The notes under the pieces are model-generated. The model saw only the letters and a list, made by a program, of their open reading frames with translations. It was not told where the DNA came from and ran no database searches. A DNA stretch of 64,000 bases from a virus, in IMG/VR virus record IMGVR_UViG_3300047330_000027, positions 3,862-67,861 of that record. One strand, 5' to 3'. The translations under genes and the position numbers were made by a program. This document shows positions 37,007 through 47,600 of this stretch, piece by piece (positions within the stretch are counted from its first letter, which is position 1; the number at the start of each line of letters is the position of its first letter).

Positions 37007-38380
37007 ATGCACGATGATCGACAGGCTCCCGCCTCTGGTGGGGCGGGGGAGTCTGCTGTCCTTGAACGGGGACTGCCAGCGTCCCCTGACGCCGAGCGCT
37101 CCATTCTCGGCGCCATCCTTCTCGACGACAAACACTACGCTGAAGCTGCATCGCAGATCGAGCCATACCACTTTGCGCTCGACGGGCACCGGCGCATATT
37201 CCGAGCCTTTGAACGGCTGCACGGTAAGCAGAGTGCGATCGACATCATCACCGTGATCGAAGAACTGTCGCTCAAGAAGGAGGTCGAGGCCGTGGGCGGC
37301 GTCGCTTACCTCGCATCGCTTACCGAAGGCCTGCCGCGGCGCATCTCGATCACGGAATATATCGACATCGTGAAGCAGAAGTCTGCCCTCCGCGACATCA
37401 TTCGAGCAGCCTACGCCACACTCGATCAAGCCGCCGACCAGACGGACGAACCGGCGCAGATCATGGCCGAACTGCAGGCGAGGATGCGCGAGATTGCCAG
37501 CGACCACGATTCTGCGGTTGTGGTTGAAAGCACCAGGGCGTTCTTTATCCGGCGCTACGGCAACGTCGACGCGTTCCTCAAGCCTCCGGAGCGTGCCGCC
37601 GGCATCCTCACGCCATGGAAGCAGTACAACGAACTCACAGATGGCGGCATTAAGCGCCAGGAGCTCACCATTGCGGCCGCGCGGCCTTCGATGGGGAAAA
37701 CAGCCTGGGCGATGAACGTGGCCGTCTACGCGGCTGTAAAGCTCGGCATGAAGGTCCTCTTCTTCTCTGCGGAACAGTCGAAAGAGCAAATTTTCGACCG
37801 AGCCGTCTGCTCAATCGCGCGCGTGACCATGCGCGAGCTGCGCGACACCCAGGCGCGCTTCACCCAAACCTCGTACGTAAACGACGCTATTCAGGACCTG
37901 GTATCGAGTTTTCTCTGGTTTGACGACACCGGGGACCTGACCGTAGACCAGATCGATGCGCGCGCGGAACTGAAAAGCCGCACCGACGGGCTCGACCTAA
38001 TGGTCACCGATTTTTTGCAGTACCTTGACCCTGGGCGCTTCGCACGGAAAAACGACACGCGCAGCATTCAGATCGGCAATATGACCAAGAGTTTGCGGAA
38101 TACTGGGAAACGGCTCCACGTGGGAAACCTCGTTCTTGCACAAACGGGACGAAAAGACTCGAGTTCTGCGCCGTCATTGTCAGACCTAAGAGAGTCCGGC
38201 GACATAGAACAGAACGCCGATCAGGTTACCTTTCTCCATCGGCCTGAGTACTACGACAAGGTTGACCCGGATAAGAAGGGCGTCGCAGAATTCATCATCG
38301 CCAAACAACGCAACGGTCCAACCGATACAGCCCGAACCCAGTTCATGGGTAAATACTTTTCATTTGTCGACCAACAATAA
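37007..38380 (+). CDS. dnaB: replicative DNA helicase
   Basis: AERSILGAILLD, Walker A ARPSMGKT, LSDLRESGDIEQNAD, IAKQRNGP. Confidence 0.95.
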   Translation: MHDDRQAPASGGAGESAVLERGLPASPDAERSILGAILLDDKHYAEAASQIEPYHFALDGHRRIFRAFERLHGKQSAIDIITVIEELSLKKEVEAVGGVAYLASLTEGLPRRISITEYIDIVKQKSALRDIIRAAYATLDQAADQTDEPAQIMAELQARMREIASDHDSAVVVESTRAFFIRRYGNVDAFLKPPERAAGILTPWKQYNELTDGGIKRQELTIAAARPSMGKTAWAMNVAVYAAVKLGMKVLFFSAEQSKEQIFDRAVCSIARVTMRELRDTQARFTQTSYVNDAIQDLVSSFLWFDDTGDLTVDQIDARAELKSRTDGLDLMVTDFLQYLDPGRFARKNDTRSIQIGNMTKSLRNTGKRLHVGNLVLAQTGRKDSSSAPSLSDLRESGDIEQNADQVTFLHRPEYYDKVDPDKKGVAEFIIAKQRNGPTDTARTQFMGKYFSFVDQQ

Positions 38381-38422
38381 CTCATCTAATCGGGAGTATC
38401 TTGATGCGAGGGAGACTAATCA

Positions 38423-39229
38423 ATGGCTACAGCTACTGAATCACCCGCTGGCGTGACCGACGAAACCAGCAAGACGGCGAAGGCAGCGGTCTATAAGACG
38501 CCTGGCTCGCTCCAACCCTCATCCCTTCAACCCGCAGCAACAACCCCGGTAATCTCGACCACCAGCGCGAGCGCCCCGATCCACATCAAGACCGGGACGT
38601 TGGTGCGGCTGGTCTCGAACGTGGGCGGAGTCCTCGGCTTCCTGTACGGCTTCGTGACCTCTGCCGCAACCCACGTGCAAGAGTTACTTGGTGAGAACGG
38701 CGAGCCATTCCTCTCCGTCTTCGCCATGACCAGCAAGGATCTGCGCACCATCGCCGCCGATCCTGGCAAAGCCTTTACCCTTTACACGGCTGTGCCTCAC
38801 GTCTCGCAGAACGTATCGCAGGACCTGGCAGCCGGCATTTACTGGATTGACCTGCTCCCTGACGCTGGCGAGGAAGTCGATCTGCCCGGGTTTGATATCT
38901 CGGACGTGCAGAACACGCTCGACAAGGGCGAGATCCAGCGGAAGAAACACGATAACGTCGGCATCGGTCCTGTGGCTGATCCGGACGTGGCGCAGGCGTC
39001 CGGGACTGCAACCTCCGTTGCACTCGGTCTCCCGCCCGCCGCGGTTACCCCTGTATCCACCGAAGTGGTGATTCCCCCTTCAGCGACGGTGGCCAATACT
39101 GAACTCCATGAACCATCCCAAACCGAGCCTATGGGTGCTGGAACCCCAGAGGCGGCAACAAGCACGTCGGCCCCGGAAGACACCTCTAAGACCGGCGTGT
39201 ACGCAACGACGACCGGCCTGGAGAAGTAG
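38423..39229 (+). CDS. hypothetical protein, T/A/P-rich termini
   Basis: GAGGGAG SD; last gene of the rightward arm. Confidence 0.65.
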   Translation: MATATESPAGVTDETSKTAKAAVYKTPGSLQPSSLQPAATTPVISTTSASAPIHIKTGTLVRLVSNVGGVLGFLYGFVTSAATHVQELLGENGEPFLSVFAMTSKDLRTIAADPGKAFTLYTAVPHVSQNVSQDLAAGIYWIDLLPDAGEEVDLPGFDISDVQNTLDKGEIQRKKHDNVGIGPVADPDVAQASGTATSVALGLPPAAVTPVSTEVVIPPSATVANTELHEPSQTEPMGAGTPEAATSTSAPEDTSKTGVYATTTGLEK

Positions 39230-39264
39230 TAGAGTTAAGAACGTAACAGTTTATAGCCCATTTC

Positions 39265-39303
39265 AGGCACCCTCCCTCAGACCGGAAGGTGCCTTCTTTT
39301 TTT
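39265..39303 (+). terminator. intrinsic terminator at the convergence of early and late units
   Basis: AGGCACC...GGTGCCT stem followed by TCTTTTTTT. Confidence 0.75.
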
Positions 39304-39304
39304 G

Positions 39305-40447
39305 CTACATGCGCCCCTTGCGCCGCATCGGGATCATCGTCTTCCTTCTTCCCATGCCTGGGTGATCCATCAAAAAGCGCTGTGCCGCGAACTGCTGAGA
39401 CATCGGGTTCAGCGGCTGACCGATCTTTTGCTCGACGCCTTGGATCATGGCGTGGAACTGCTCGACCAGCGGGATCGCCGTAGGACGCGGCAGGTTGAGC
39501 ACGACGTACTTGCACGCGTCGCGCGCGTGGTTGTCCTTGTCCTGAATGGTCTCGGTCGGATTGCGCGTCGTGAGCTGGCGGTCGCTCAGTTCATTGCGCT
39601 TGGTGCGGTACAACTCCCAGAGCAGATTGGGGCAGTCGTAAGGGTGCAGCCCTGGTTGACGGCGCCCGGTGTAGTTTCTGCACACGATTCTGCACATCGG
39701 CTTGAACTCATCGAGCTTCGCCCAGCGCTCCATCAGCCGCGTCACGAAAGTAAGGTCGCTGCGCTCACCGTCGTACTGTTGCAGAAACTTGACGCCGCTC
39801 TTTCGGTAAGAGTCGTTGATCGCCGCGAATGTGCCGTCTTTCTGCGCCTGGCTTTCGTAGAAGATGGACGGGTCAGCCATGCACCACCGCGGCTTGCCGA
39901 TAGAGTGCAGCGCATTCAGCTCCGCTGCGTTCTGCCAGATTTCATTCTCCCATGGTTCCTGACCCGGCTTCAGGTCGCGGCGGTAGTTATAGTACTCACC
40001 GCAAAAGTAGATGCAGCCCTCGAAGTCGATGTAGGCCTTGATGAGCGCCGTGGCATTGGTCTTGCCGTGATCGAATCCTTCCACGCAATCCCACCGCGGG
40101 TCGGGCATCCAGTCAGGGTCAGTAATGATGATCTGTTCTTTATGCTTGTTCAGTGTTGGGGCGAGAAGCAGTTCGCCGCCGCCGGCGTTGTAGTTGATTT
40201 CCTGCTCTCGGTCCCATGCCCCTTGCGAAGAGTAGTTCGCCTTCTGTTCCTTGTACCAGAGCGCACCCGCTTCCGTGTCCGGATCTCGATTCGGGTCGGC
40301 AGAGTAATGAATCGAGACTACGGGTATCCCTGTGGCCTTGAAGCGAAGGCCGACACCGCGACTGATCTCCAGACGCTGTTGAGCGGGTAGTTGTCGCAAC
40401 TCCGCATACGCGCGGTCGACCAGTTCCCTGACTTCCTGCTCTGTCAC
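39305..40447 (-). CDS. terminase large subunit, C-terminal part (RNase H-like nuclease)
   Basis: IHYSADP, GFDHG, ADPS, KDNHARDA. Confidence 0.82.
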   Translation of the reverse strand: MTEQEVRELVDRAYAELRQLPAQQRLEISRGVGLRFKATGIPVVSIHYSADPNRDPDTEAGALWYKEQKANYSSQGAWDREQEINYNAGGGELLLAPTLNKHKEQIIITDPDWMPDPRWDCVEGFDHGKTNATALIKAYIDFEGCIYFCGEYYNYRRDLKPGQEPWENEIWQNAAELNALHSIGKPRWCMADPSIFYESQAQKDGTFAAINDSYRKSGVKFLQQYDGERSDLTFVTRLMERWAKLDEFKPMCRIVCRNYTGRRQPGLHPYDCPNLLWELYRTKRNELSDRQLTTRNPTETIQDKDNHARDACKYVVLNLPRPTAIPLVEQFHAMIQGVEQKIGQPLNPMSQQFAAQRFLMDHPGMGRRKTMIPMRRKGRM

Positions 40448-41185
40448 CTAGGCCACCGCGTCTTGGCAGAAGTCGCCGTACCAGGATGCGCTCGCAGTCG
40501 AATTGAGCACGATCTTCATGGCCGAGGCCTGCGCGTTGTCATAGCTCGCACCTGCTTCAGCCTGAAAGCAACTCTCGTCCTGGATGTAACCCCATGGGTG
40601 AAATGATCGAATCTGATCCTTGCCGGCCGGGATGCCCCACATCACCGATCCGTTACGAAACCCAAGTTCACCCTCGGCAAACTGTTCGATCGGCTTCACC
40701 AGCGGAAATGCCTCCTGCAGCCAGTCCGGTTGCGAGCGGTAGAGCTGCTTCGCGTAGCCGATCATCTCTTTGCTCTTGTCTTCGGTCATCGACTGGAACA
40801 CGATCTCGCGCGCGGGTGTCAGCATGGCCTCGAAAATGAAGTAACCGACGATCGCCCAGCTCATCATCATGTCGCGCGACTTCTCAAACGCCGTCACCTT
40901 CTGCCGGCGAATCAGTTCGTGCGCGATCTGGAAGTAGTCATTGTCCGGAAAGGGCTCGTATGGCGATGCGCAACCTTCTTCTTTCCAGTGCGGGTTGAAG
41001 GTGCGCGTGTGGTTCCTCATCCAGTGCCAAGCGTTGCGCGTGGCTTCGCGGACGCGCGGCTCGTCGCCTGTGTGCGTGCGCTCGGTCTCTTCACCTTTTG
41101 CGCGCGCCAGACTTTCTTCCATGGAGTTGCTCTCCATGCGGGCCCACGCGCGGGCGAGCGGCGTCGGGGCAATCGGCGCGGGCAT
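40448..41185 (-). CDS. terminase large subunit, N-terminal ATPase part
   Basis: EKSRDMMMSW Walker A variant, Walker B YIQDE, coupling motif STA. Confidence 0.8.
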   Translation of the reverse strand: MPAPIAPTPLARAWARMESNSMEESLARAKGEETERTHTGDEPRVREATRNAWHWMRNHTRTFNPHWKEEGCASPYEPFPDNDYFQIAHELIRRQKVTAFEKSRDMMMSWAIVGYFIFEAMLTPAREIVFQSMTEDKSKEMIGYAKQLYRSQPDWLQEAFPLVKPIEQFAEGELGFRNGSVMWGIPAGKDQIRSFHPWGYIQDESCFQAEAGASYDNAQASAMKIVLNSTASASWYGDFCQDAVA

Positions 41186-41691
41186 TAGTTGACCTTGGCG
41201 GGTGAGGTCGCGGGCGGTTTATCGAACGTGCCGTACTTGGCGAAGTTATCGAGCTGTTCCTGCGTCTTGCCCTTCAGACCGGAAGGAATGTCGCCTAAAG
41301 CATGCAGCGCTTCAAGGATCACGCGCGATGCCTCGACCTGGCCGGTGATCGTGCCCTTGGTCAAGTGTGCCGGCGTCTTTGAAAGGGCGTACAGGTTCAT
41401 CACTACCGACTCTGGCGTGATGTCCACTTTCTTCAGGTCAGCAGCCGTGCGGCGTGCCATCTCCTGCGCGACCAGCGAAGAATACTCGTTGCAGTAGCGG
41501 CGGACGCGGTTGCTGTTCCACACCGCTTGCGCATTCTCTTTCGGGATGCCCGCCAGTTCTGCCGCCATGTCGAGCGTGGTTCCTTCCCCCGACATCATCT
41601 CGTGGGCAAAGGCCATCTCGCGGCCGGTGATCGGTTTGAGCGCAACAGGGACGCGCTCGGGCTTCTTTGCTGCTTTCTTCTTGGTCGGCAT
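41185..41691 (-). CDS. terminase small subunit
   Basis: ITGREMAFAHEM...AAELAGI HTH; ITPESVVMNL; directly upstream of TerL. Confidence 0.7.
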   Translation of the reverse strand: MPTKKKAAKKPERVPVALKPITGREMAFAHEMMSGEGTTLDMAAELAGIPKENAQAVWNSNRVRRYCNEYSSLVAQEMARRTAADLKKVDITPESVVMNLYALSKTPAHLTKGTITGQVEASRVILEALHALGDIPSGLKGKTQEQLDNFAKYGTFDKPPATSPAKVN

Positions 41692-41699
41692 GGTGGCTC

Positions 41700-44600
41700 C
41701 TACTGTACGGCGGATGCGCCCTGACGACGGATCAGGCTCGCCCGCTTCTTCGCGAGGATCGGGGCAAGCTCGGCCTTTTCCCGCGGCGTCGCATATTTCT
41801 CTACCATTTCCCGGAGCTGGATGTAGCTGAAATCGGGGCTGAGCGCCAATTTTTCGACGTAATCCATGTTGCGTTCCCGCATCGCGGTGCGCAGTTGCGC
41901 AAGCGAGCGGTGGCCGATGGTGCGGTCCCGGTCATAAAGCGCCACTTGGTCAGGGGTCAGCGGGTCGTGCCTGTCGCGCTTCATCTTGAGCATGCGCTGC
42001 AGCAATGGCGACTGATCGAGGGACTTCGAGGCGCCACCAAGACCAGCCACGCGCAGCGTCTTTGACACGGCATCCTGCGAGCCGTAGTTGTTCTGCAGGC
42101 TGGATAGCGCAATCGGCTCTGGGATCGCGTACTTGGCTGCCTGCGCGACCTGCTGATACAAAGGCGCGTTCGGGTCGTACACGTAGTTGCCGAAGAAATC
42201 ACGGTTGTTCGCGAGGTCTAAAAAGCGGCTGGAAACCTGGGACAGCGAACCCTTCATATAGCCCGCAGGATCTCGGTAAGCGTGCTCGAAGTCGCGCAGG
42301 CCGCTAGGCAGGTTCACGCGATCAGGAATGCCTGTGCGCGCATCCATGCGCCCGGTCCGGGGATGGATCGACTCAAGCAGGAAGGCGCCCGCCGCCGAGT
42401 AGCCGTTGCGCTCGTCCTGCGTCAGCCACTCCCATGGATACTTGCCCGAGAAAATCTTCGAGATGAGCGTGCCAGTAATGACGGAGGTGATCGCCATGCT
42501 CAACAGCCACGCCTGGTTCATGCCCAGGCGAGGGATGTAGTCGGCATTCGTGCGACCTTCGGGACGCTTCCAGTTCTTCGCGTCATTGAACATCGCGGCC
42601 AGAGGATCGCGGAAGGCCTCGGCGGTCTCAGAACCCGCAGCGGTCACCAATCCGCGCCAGTTCCCGAGCTTCCAGGTAACCGAGCGGAACAGAAACTGCA
42701 TGGCGCTCTTGAACGTATTGTTCCAGACAACGTTGTCGAAGTTCATTTCGCCGAAACGGTTCTCGGTGGTGTCGTTGACCTTGCGCGCGATCTCGAGTCT
42801 GGTCGTCTTACCGTCGATCAGGTCCTGTGCGCGCTCATCCATCTGCTCGGCAAACTGCTTGAGGAAGAAGCCGAGTTTCAGCCTGGGGATGAATACATCG
42901 AACAGCGGTTTCATCATCCACGACTCGGCGGCTGGCAGCAGGCGCAGCGCAGCGCCCACGTAGTTGCCTTCCTTCGCGGCTTCCTTGATGCCCTTGACCG
43001 GATCGAATTTGTAGTCCGGGTTCATGTTGAACTGCGCACCACCCTTGAAAACGATGCCGTCGAGGACATCCGGATATTTCTGAAAGAACCTTGTCCCGCG
43101 CTTGGTCTGCGCAAACTGCTCTGCATTCGAGATTGCTTTCAGGTAGCTACCGCCGTCGCGCGCGAGCATAAAAGGCGCCGCGATCGAAGTCGACGCCTCG
43201 GTCATGCCCTTGATGAACTGATTGAAGTTGCCGGAGCGCACGCCGATGTTCCAAGCGCGCATTATGCCGGTCGCGAGCTGCGAACCGATCGCCTCGTTCG
43301 ACTCGAACAGTAGATGGAAAGGCGATAAACCCATCTCGACACCGGTGGCGAAGTTCTTCAGCATCAGCATGCCCTTGCCGATCGCCTGATCGCGGATATG
43401 GTCGCGGCTGAGGTAGTTGTTCAGGATGCGCGCGCTTCCCTGCTCCACGTACCACTCGCCGGCATCGATCCTGCCTTCGCCGGACGCGGCTGGGAAATAG
43501 ACTTTGGCGATGCGGTCATCGACCTTTGTCCATCCCTCTGGGGGCTTGGTGCCGGTCTTCACGAATTTACGCAGGCCGAGTTCCTTGAGCGACGCCCAGT
43601 ACTTTTGCGCTGCGATGTAGTGCATCTTCGAGGCTTCGACCATCGAGAACAGCTTCCAGGCATTGAGCGTGGGCAACTCGCCGCCGTTCTCCAGGCCTTC
43701 CGAGATGGTCGCCAGCGTCTGTTGCTTGAAGAATTGCTTCGCGCCCTCGAACGGTCGTTTGCCGCTGGTGCCTCCGCCCTTCACCTTGCCGGACCCGGGG
43801 ATCACCTTCCAGATCGCGCCATAGTAGTTCTCTTTCGCTTCGAGCGACGGGCGATAGGTCTGCACCATAGCGAAGCTGCGGTTGCCGATTTCGTCCATCA
43901 GGTCGGAAATTTGCTGCAGTTCCGGCGTCTGCTGGCGCATGCCCTGGCGCTTGCGGTCCATGAACTCGATGTTCGCGGCGTCGCCGATCTTGTCCATAAA
44001 CTTCTCAAGGCCGCCGTTGACGTGCTCAAGCAGGAAGCGATGTTCTTCTCTCATACCCTTGGCATCGAAGAACGCATCGAGTGAGTCCGCGTTTACGCCG
44101 ATGCGGGGGTAGAGCAGGTTTGTGATCTGCTTGCCAGCCGCGACCACGCCCGTGCCCAGCTTCTCGAGCGCGGGCGCGACGTCCGCCTTATAAAAGGCGG
44201 AGGCGACCTTGTAACCAGCCTCGGCCGCGATGTCCAGGCCGAAGACCGAGGCGCGCATGGTGGTTGATGTCTTCGGATTCGGCTTCGATTCGAGTGCTTT
44301 CTTGCCTTCGTCCTTGGGCTCGAACTGCCGAGCGATCTCAACCTGGGACGGCGGAGCGTAGAGCGCCTTTTTATTCTGGACAGCGGTGATCGCCTCGTTC
44401 AGTTTGTTCTTCGGGATCTCCGCACGCATGGTGTTGCCGTGCGACACGAAGTCGCCCACGATTGAGCGGAGTTTCTCATCGAGAAAGAACTGCGCGCCGC
44501 GCGCCTTCGACTTGTGCGTGACGATCAGAAGGTCGCCAGTGTTGCCGTTTCGCACGATGCGCACATCTCCGTCACGGCTGGCCACGCCCATCGTGGCTGC

Positions 44601-47600
44601 TTCCTGGGAAGGTACCGCGTTCAGGTACTTCGCAATCTGCTGCGGTGTGCGCATGCGGTAATCGCCGCGCGTGTTCTCCTTGATCTCGAATTTCTTCGGG
44701 AGCAGGATGCCCATCTCGGTTGAACCGTCGGCCTTGGTGAAATTGATGATTGAGCCTTTGGTTCCCTGCAGTTCGCTGTACGCCGCGAGCAGATTGCCAG
44801 TGATGATCTTTGCCGTCTCCCGTCCCTGCGGCTGCAGGTTGCGGAAAATCTCTTCGGGCCGATAGTGCAGGTAGCCAGTCTGGATGCGCGAGAGCTGCGT
44901 AGCCGGCACCTTCTGAAAGCGCAGCGAACCGTCGGTCGCTAGCGTGACATTGATCTTTGAGAAGCTGTAAGGGTTGCCGCTGCCCTTGTGCGTCGACTCG
45001 ACATTCACGATCGCTGCCCGGTAGCCATCGCCATTGATCTCGACCCGCATGGTCGAGCCGATGGGATGCTGCTTCAGGAACTGGCGCGTCATGTTGGCGA
45101 CGCCATCGGCGCGCTGGAAGGTGGTCGACTCGGGATCGAGTGTGGCCTTCCAGTCCGCATATTGCTTGTCGAGGTCGGCCTGCATTCTCTGCGCGTGCTG
45201 CTGGCCGCTGGCCGCACCGTCCAAGCTCTTCTTGATCTTCTCCGCTACCTCGTCGGCCGTAAGCGGCTTTCCCTGGCTCTTGATCGAGTACTCGCCATAG
45301 ACCGACTCTTGGCCAAAAGGCGAACTGCGATCGGTAGCTTCGGTGAGCTGCTGAGATTTCGTTTCCTTGGCATCGAAATCCATGGTGCGCGGTTCAAGCT
45401 CATTCTGGTTGGTCTCATTCAGGTAGTCGATGTAGTCGTTGTAGGCCTGCTCTACGTCGTTGTAGAACGCCGTCTGATCTTTCACAGGCAGCAGCGCCAG
45501 TTTACCTGTGACCTTGCGCGCAAGATCGTCTTCAGGCGCGTTGTGGTCCCCGCTGCCCTCGATGCCGAGCTTCTTTTCGAGCTCCGGATTATCGTTCAGG
45601 TAGGTATTGACGATCTCATCGCCGTACTTATTGAGAATGTCGGCAGCCTTGACCGACGTCGCGGACTCGGTATTTGAGGAAGTATTCGCGTTGAGCGACT
45701 TCATCTTCTTCGAGAGCAGCGCCGTCGGCCGTTTTTCTGCGGGCAGGTCGACAGAAAGGATGGTGTAGCTCGGCAGCCTGACCTGGCCCGTGCGGTGAAT
45801 GCGCCCGAGCATCTGCATGAAGATGTTGATGTCCTGCGCCGGCTGCGCCACAACCATGTGCCGCGGGCGCTGATCTTTGAATTTCTCGGAAGCGTGCAAC
45901 GAAATGCCGGTCGATCCCGCAACATTGACGACCAGAGCGTCCAAGCGGCCGTCATTGAAACGCCTGGTTGTCAGCACGCGGTCGAGTTCCTGCTCGGGGA
46001 TCGAAGCCAGTCTCGGAATGTCTTCCGTGTAATCGACCATCAGCGATCGACCCGTGACTTCTGAAACTGAGTGGCCGGCCTGCTCGATACGCCAGCGCAT
46101 CCAGTCGATCGGGCTGACCGGGATGTCGAGCTTCAGTTTGTCGATCACCGCTTGCGCCTTGTCGTATTCGGCGCGCGTTTCTGCGTCTAGATCGTTGAGC
46201 GAGATGTATTTCTTGGTCTCGTTTCCCTTCTGGTCCTTGATCGTGATGTAGCGCGTTTTCTTGAGCGAGTTCGAGAGCACGGTGCGGTAGTCGTAGTTAG
46301 TGAGCGGGTCGCCTTCCTTGAGGCCATTGTCCTCGACGTACCGCTGAAGGAAGGAGCCCATGGTGTTTTCAACCGCAATGATCGGTTTTTCTCCGCGTTT
46401 GATGGCTTCAATCGCGCGGTCGGCAGCGGAATCGGCTTTGAGCCCAAGCAGCATCTGGCGCACAAAGTTGTGGACGATCGACGAGAACTCGGAGTGCTGC
46501 ACGGTATTGGCGGCCTTGTTCCCACCGCCCTCCACTGCTTGCCCCGTCTTCGCGGCTTCCTTCTGCATCTGATTCACAAAGCCGTTATGGAAGGCCTTGT
46601 CTGCTTTCACGATCGCGCGAAGGGCTTCGGTTGCTTTGTCCGACATTTGCGTGTGCTCGGCGCGTCGTTCGGAATCGGTCTCCGTGCGCATCTCGACGCC
46701 ATCGTAGGAACGTTCGCGCCGGAAAAACTGACCTGCCTTCACCAGATTGTTCGAAACAACCGTCTGGAGTGGGAGACCGCCCGCAGCCATCGCATCGCTG
46801 AGCGCTTCACGATCCTTTGACACCAGCCCAATATCCGTTTTGAAGTAAACCGGCATATTGTCCGGGCGCTTCGCATATGTCGCCGAGAGGTAGGTCACGC
46901 CCTTCGCGTTGGCGAGCAGCCCCTGCACGAACTCGCCGGTCTCCGATTCGCCGCCAGCATTGTGGCTTTCGTCGAGCACGAAGACTGCGCGGTGAGCGAT
47001 TGAGGAAAGAACCTGTTGCTGCGTGTTGGCCTTATTGATCTGCGAATAGGTCAGGAACATCGCATTCGAGCCGGCTGGCAACTGGCCCGAATCTCTGATC
47101 TTTTCAAGCGTCTTGGTGTGCGTCGATTGCTTGTTTGCAAAGGCCTTCGACCCGTCCGGCAGGGTGATCGATTCCTCGCGGTTCATCAGGAACGGATTGA
47201 TGTCGTCGGTGCCGATGTCGGCCAGATCGCCATACATATCCGTGAAGAGTTGCGGTTTGACAGTGACAAACGTCGGGATGTGGCCATTCCGCGCTGCCCA
47301 GCGGATGATGGCGGCCGCCTGGCGCCCTTTGCCGATGCCTGTCTGGTCTCCGATGATGACTGCCTTGCCGCGCTTGATCTGGTGGATTGCGGCCGCAACC
47401 GAATCGACCTGGAGGCCCATCAGGACATCGTGCATCTCGTCCTTGGTCGAGTATCCAAGTTCCGAGCGCACGAATTCATCGATGTCCCCGACTTCATCTT
47501 CAAGCCGGTTCATGGCCTGCTTAAGAGGGCCACGCATATTGGTGGGGATCAGGACGCCTTCGTCTTTTTTCGAAGAGGCGGGGGTGTACTTTACCTGGTA

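Noticed and set aside
40448-40450. Genome-wide amber recoding (genetic code 15) suggested by the in-frame TAG in TerL
   Set aside because: Long genes are intact under code 11 and TAG terminates genes such as the capsid just before a terminator; stop-start abutment also occurs with TAA
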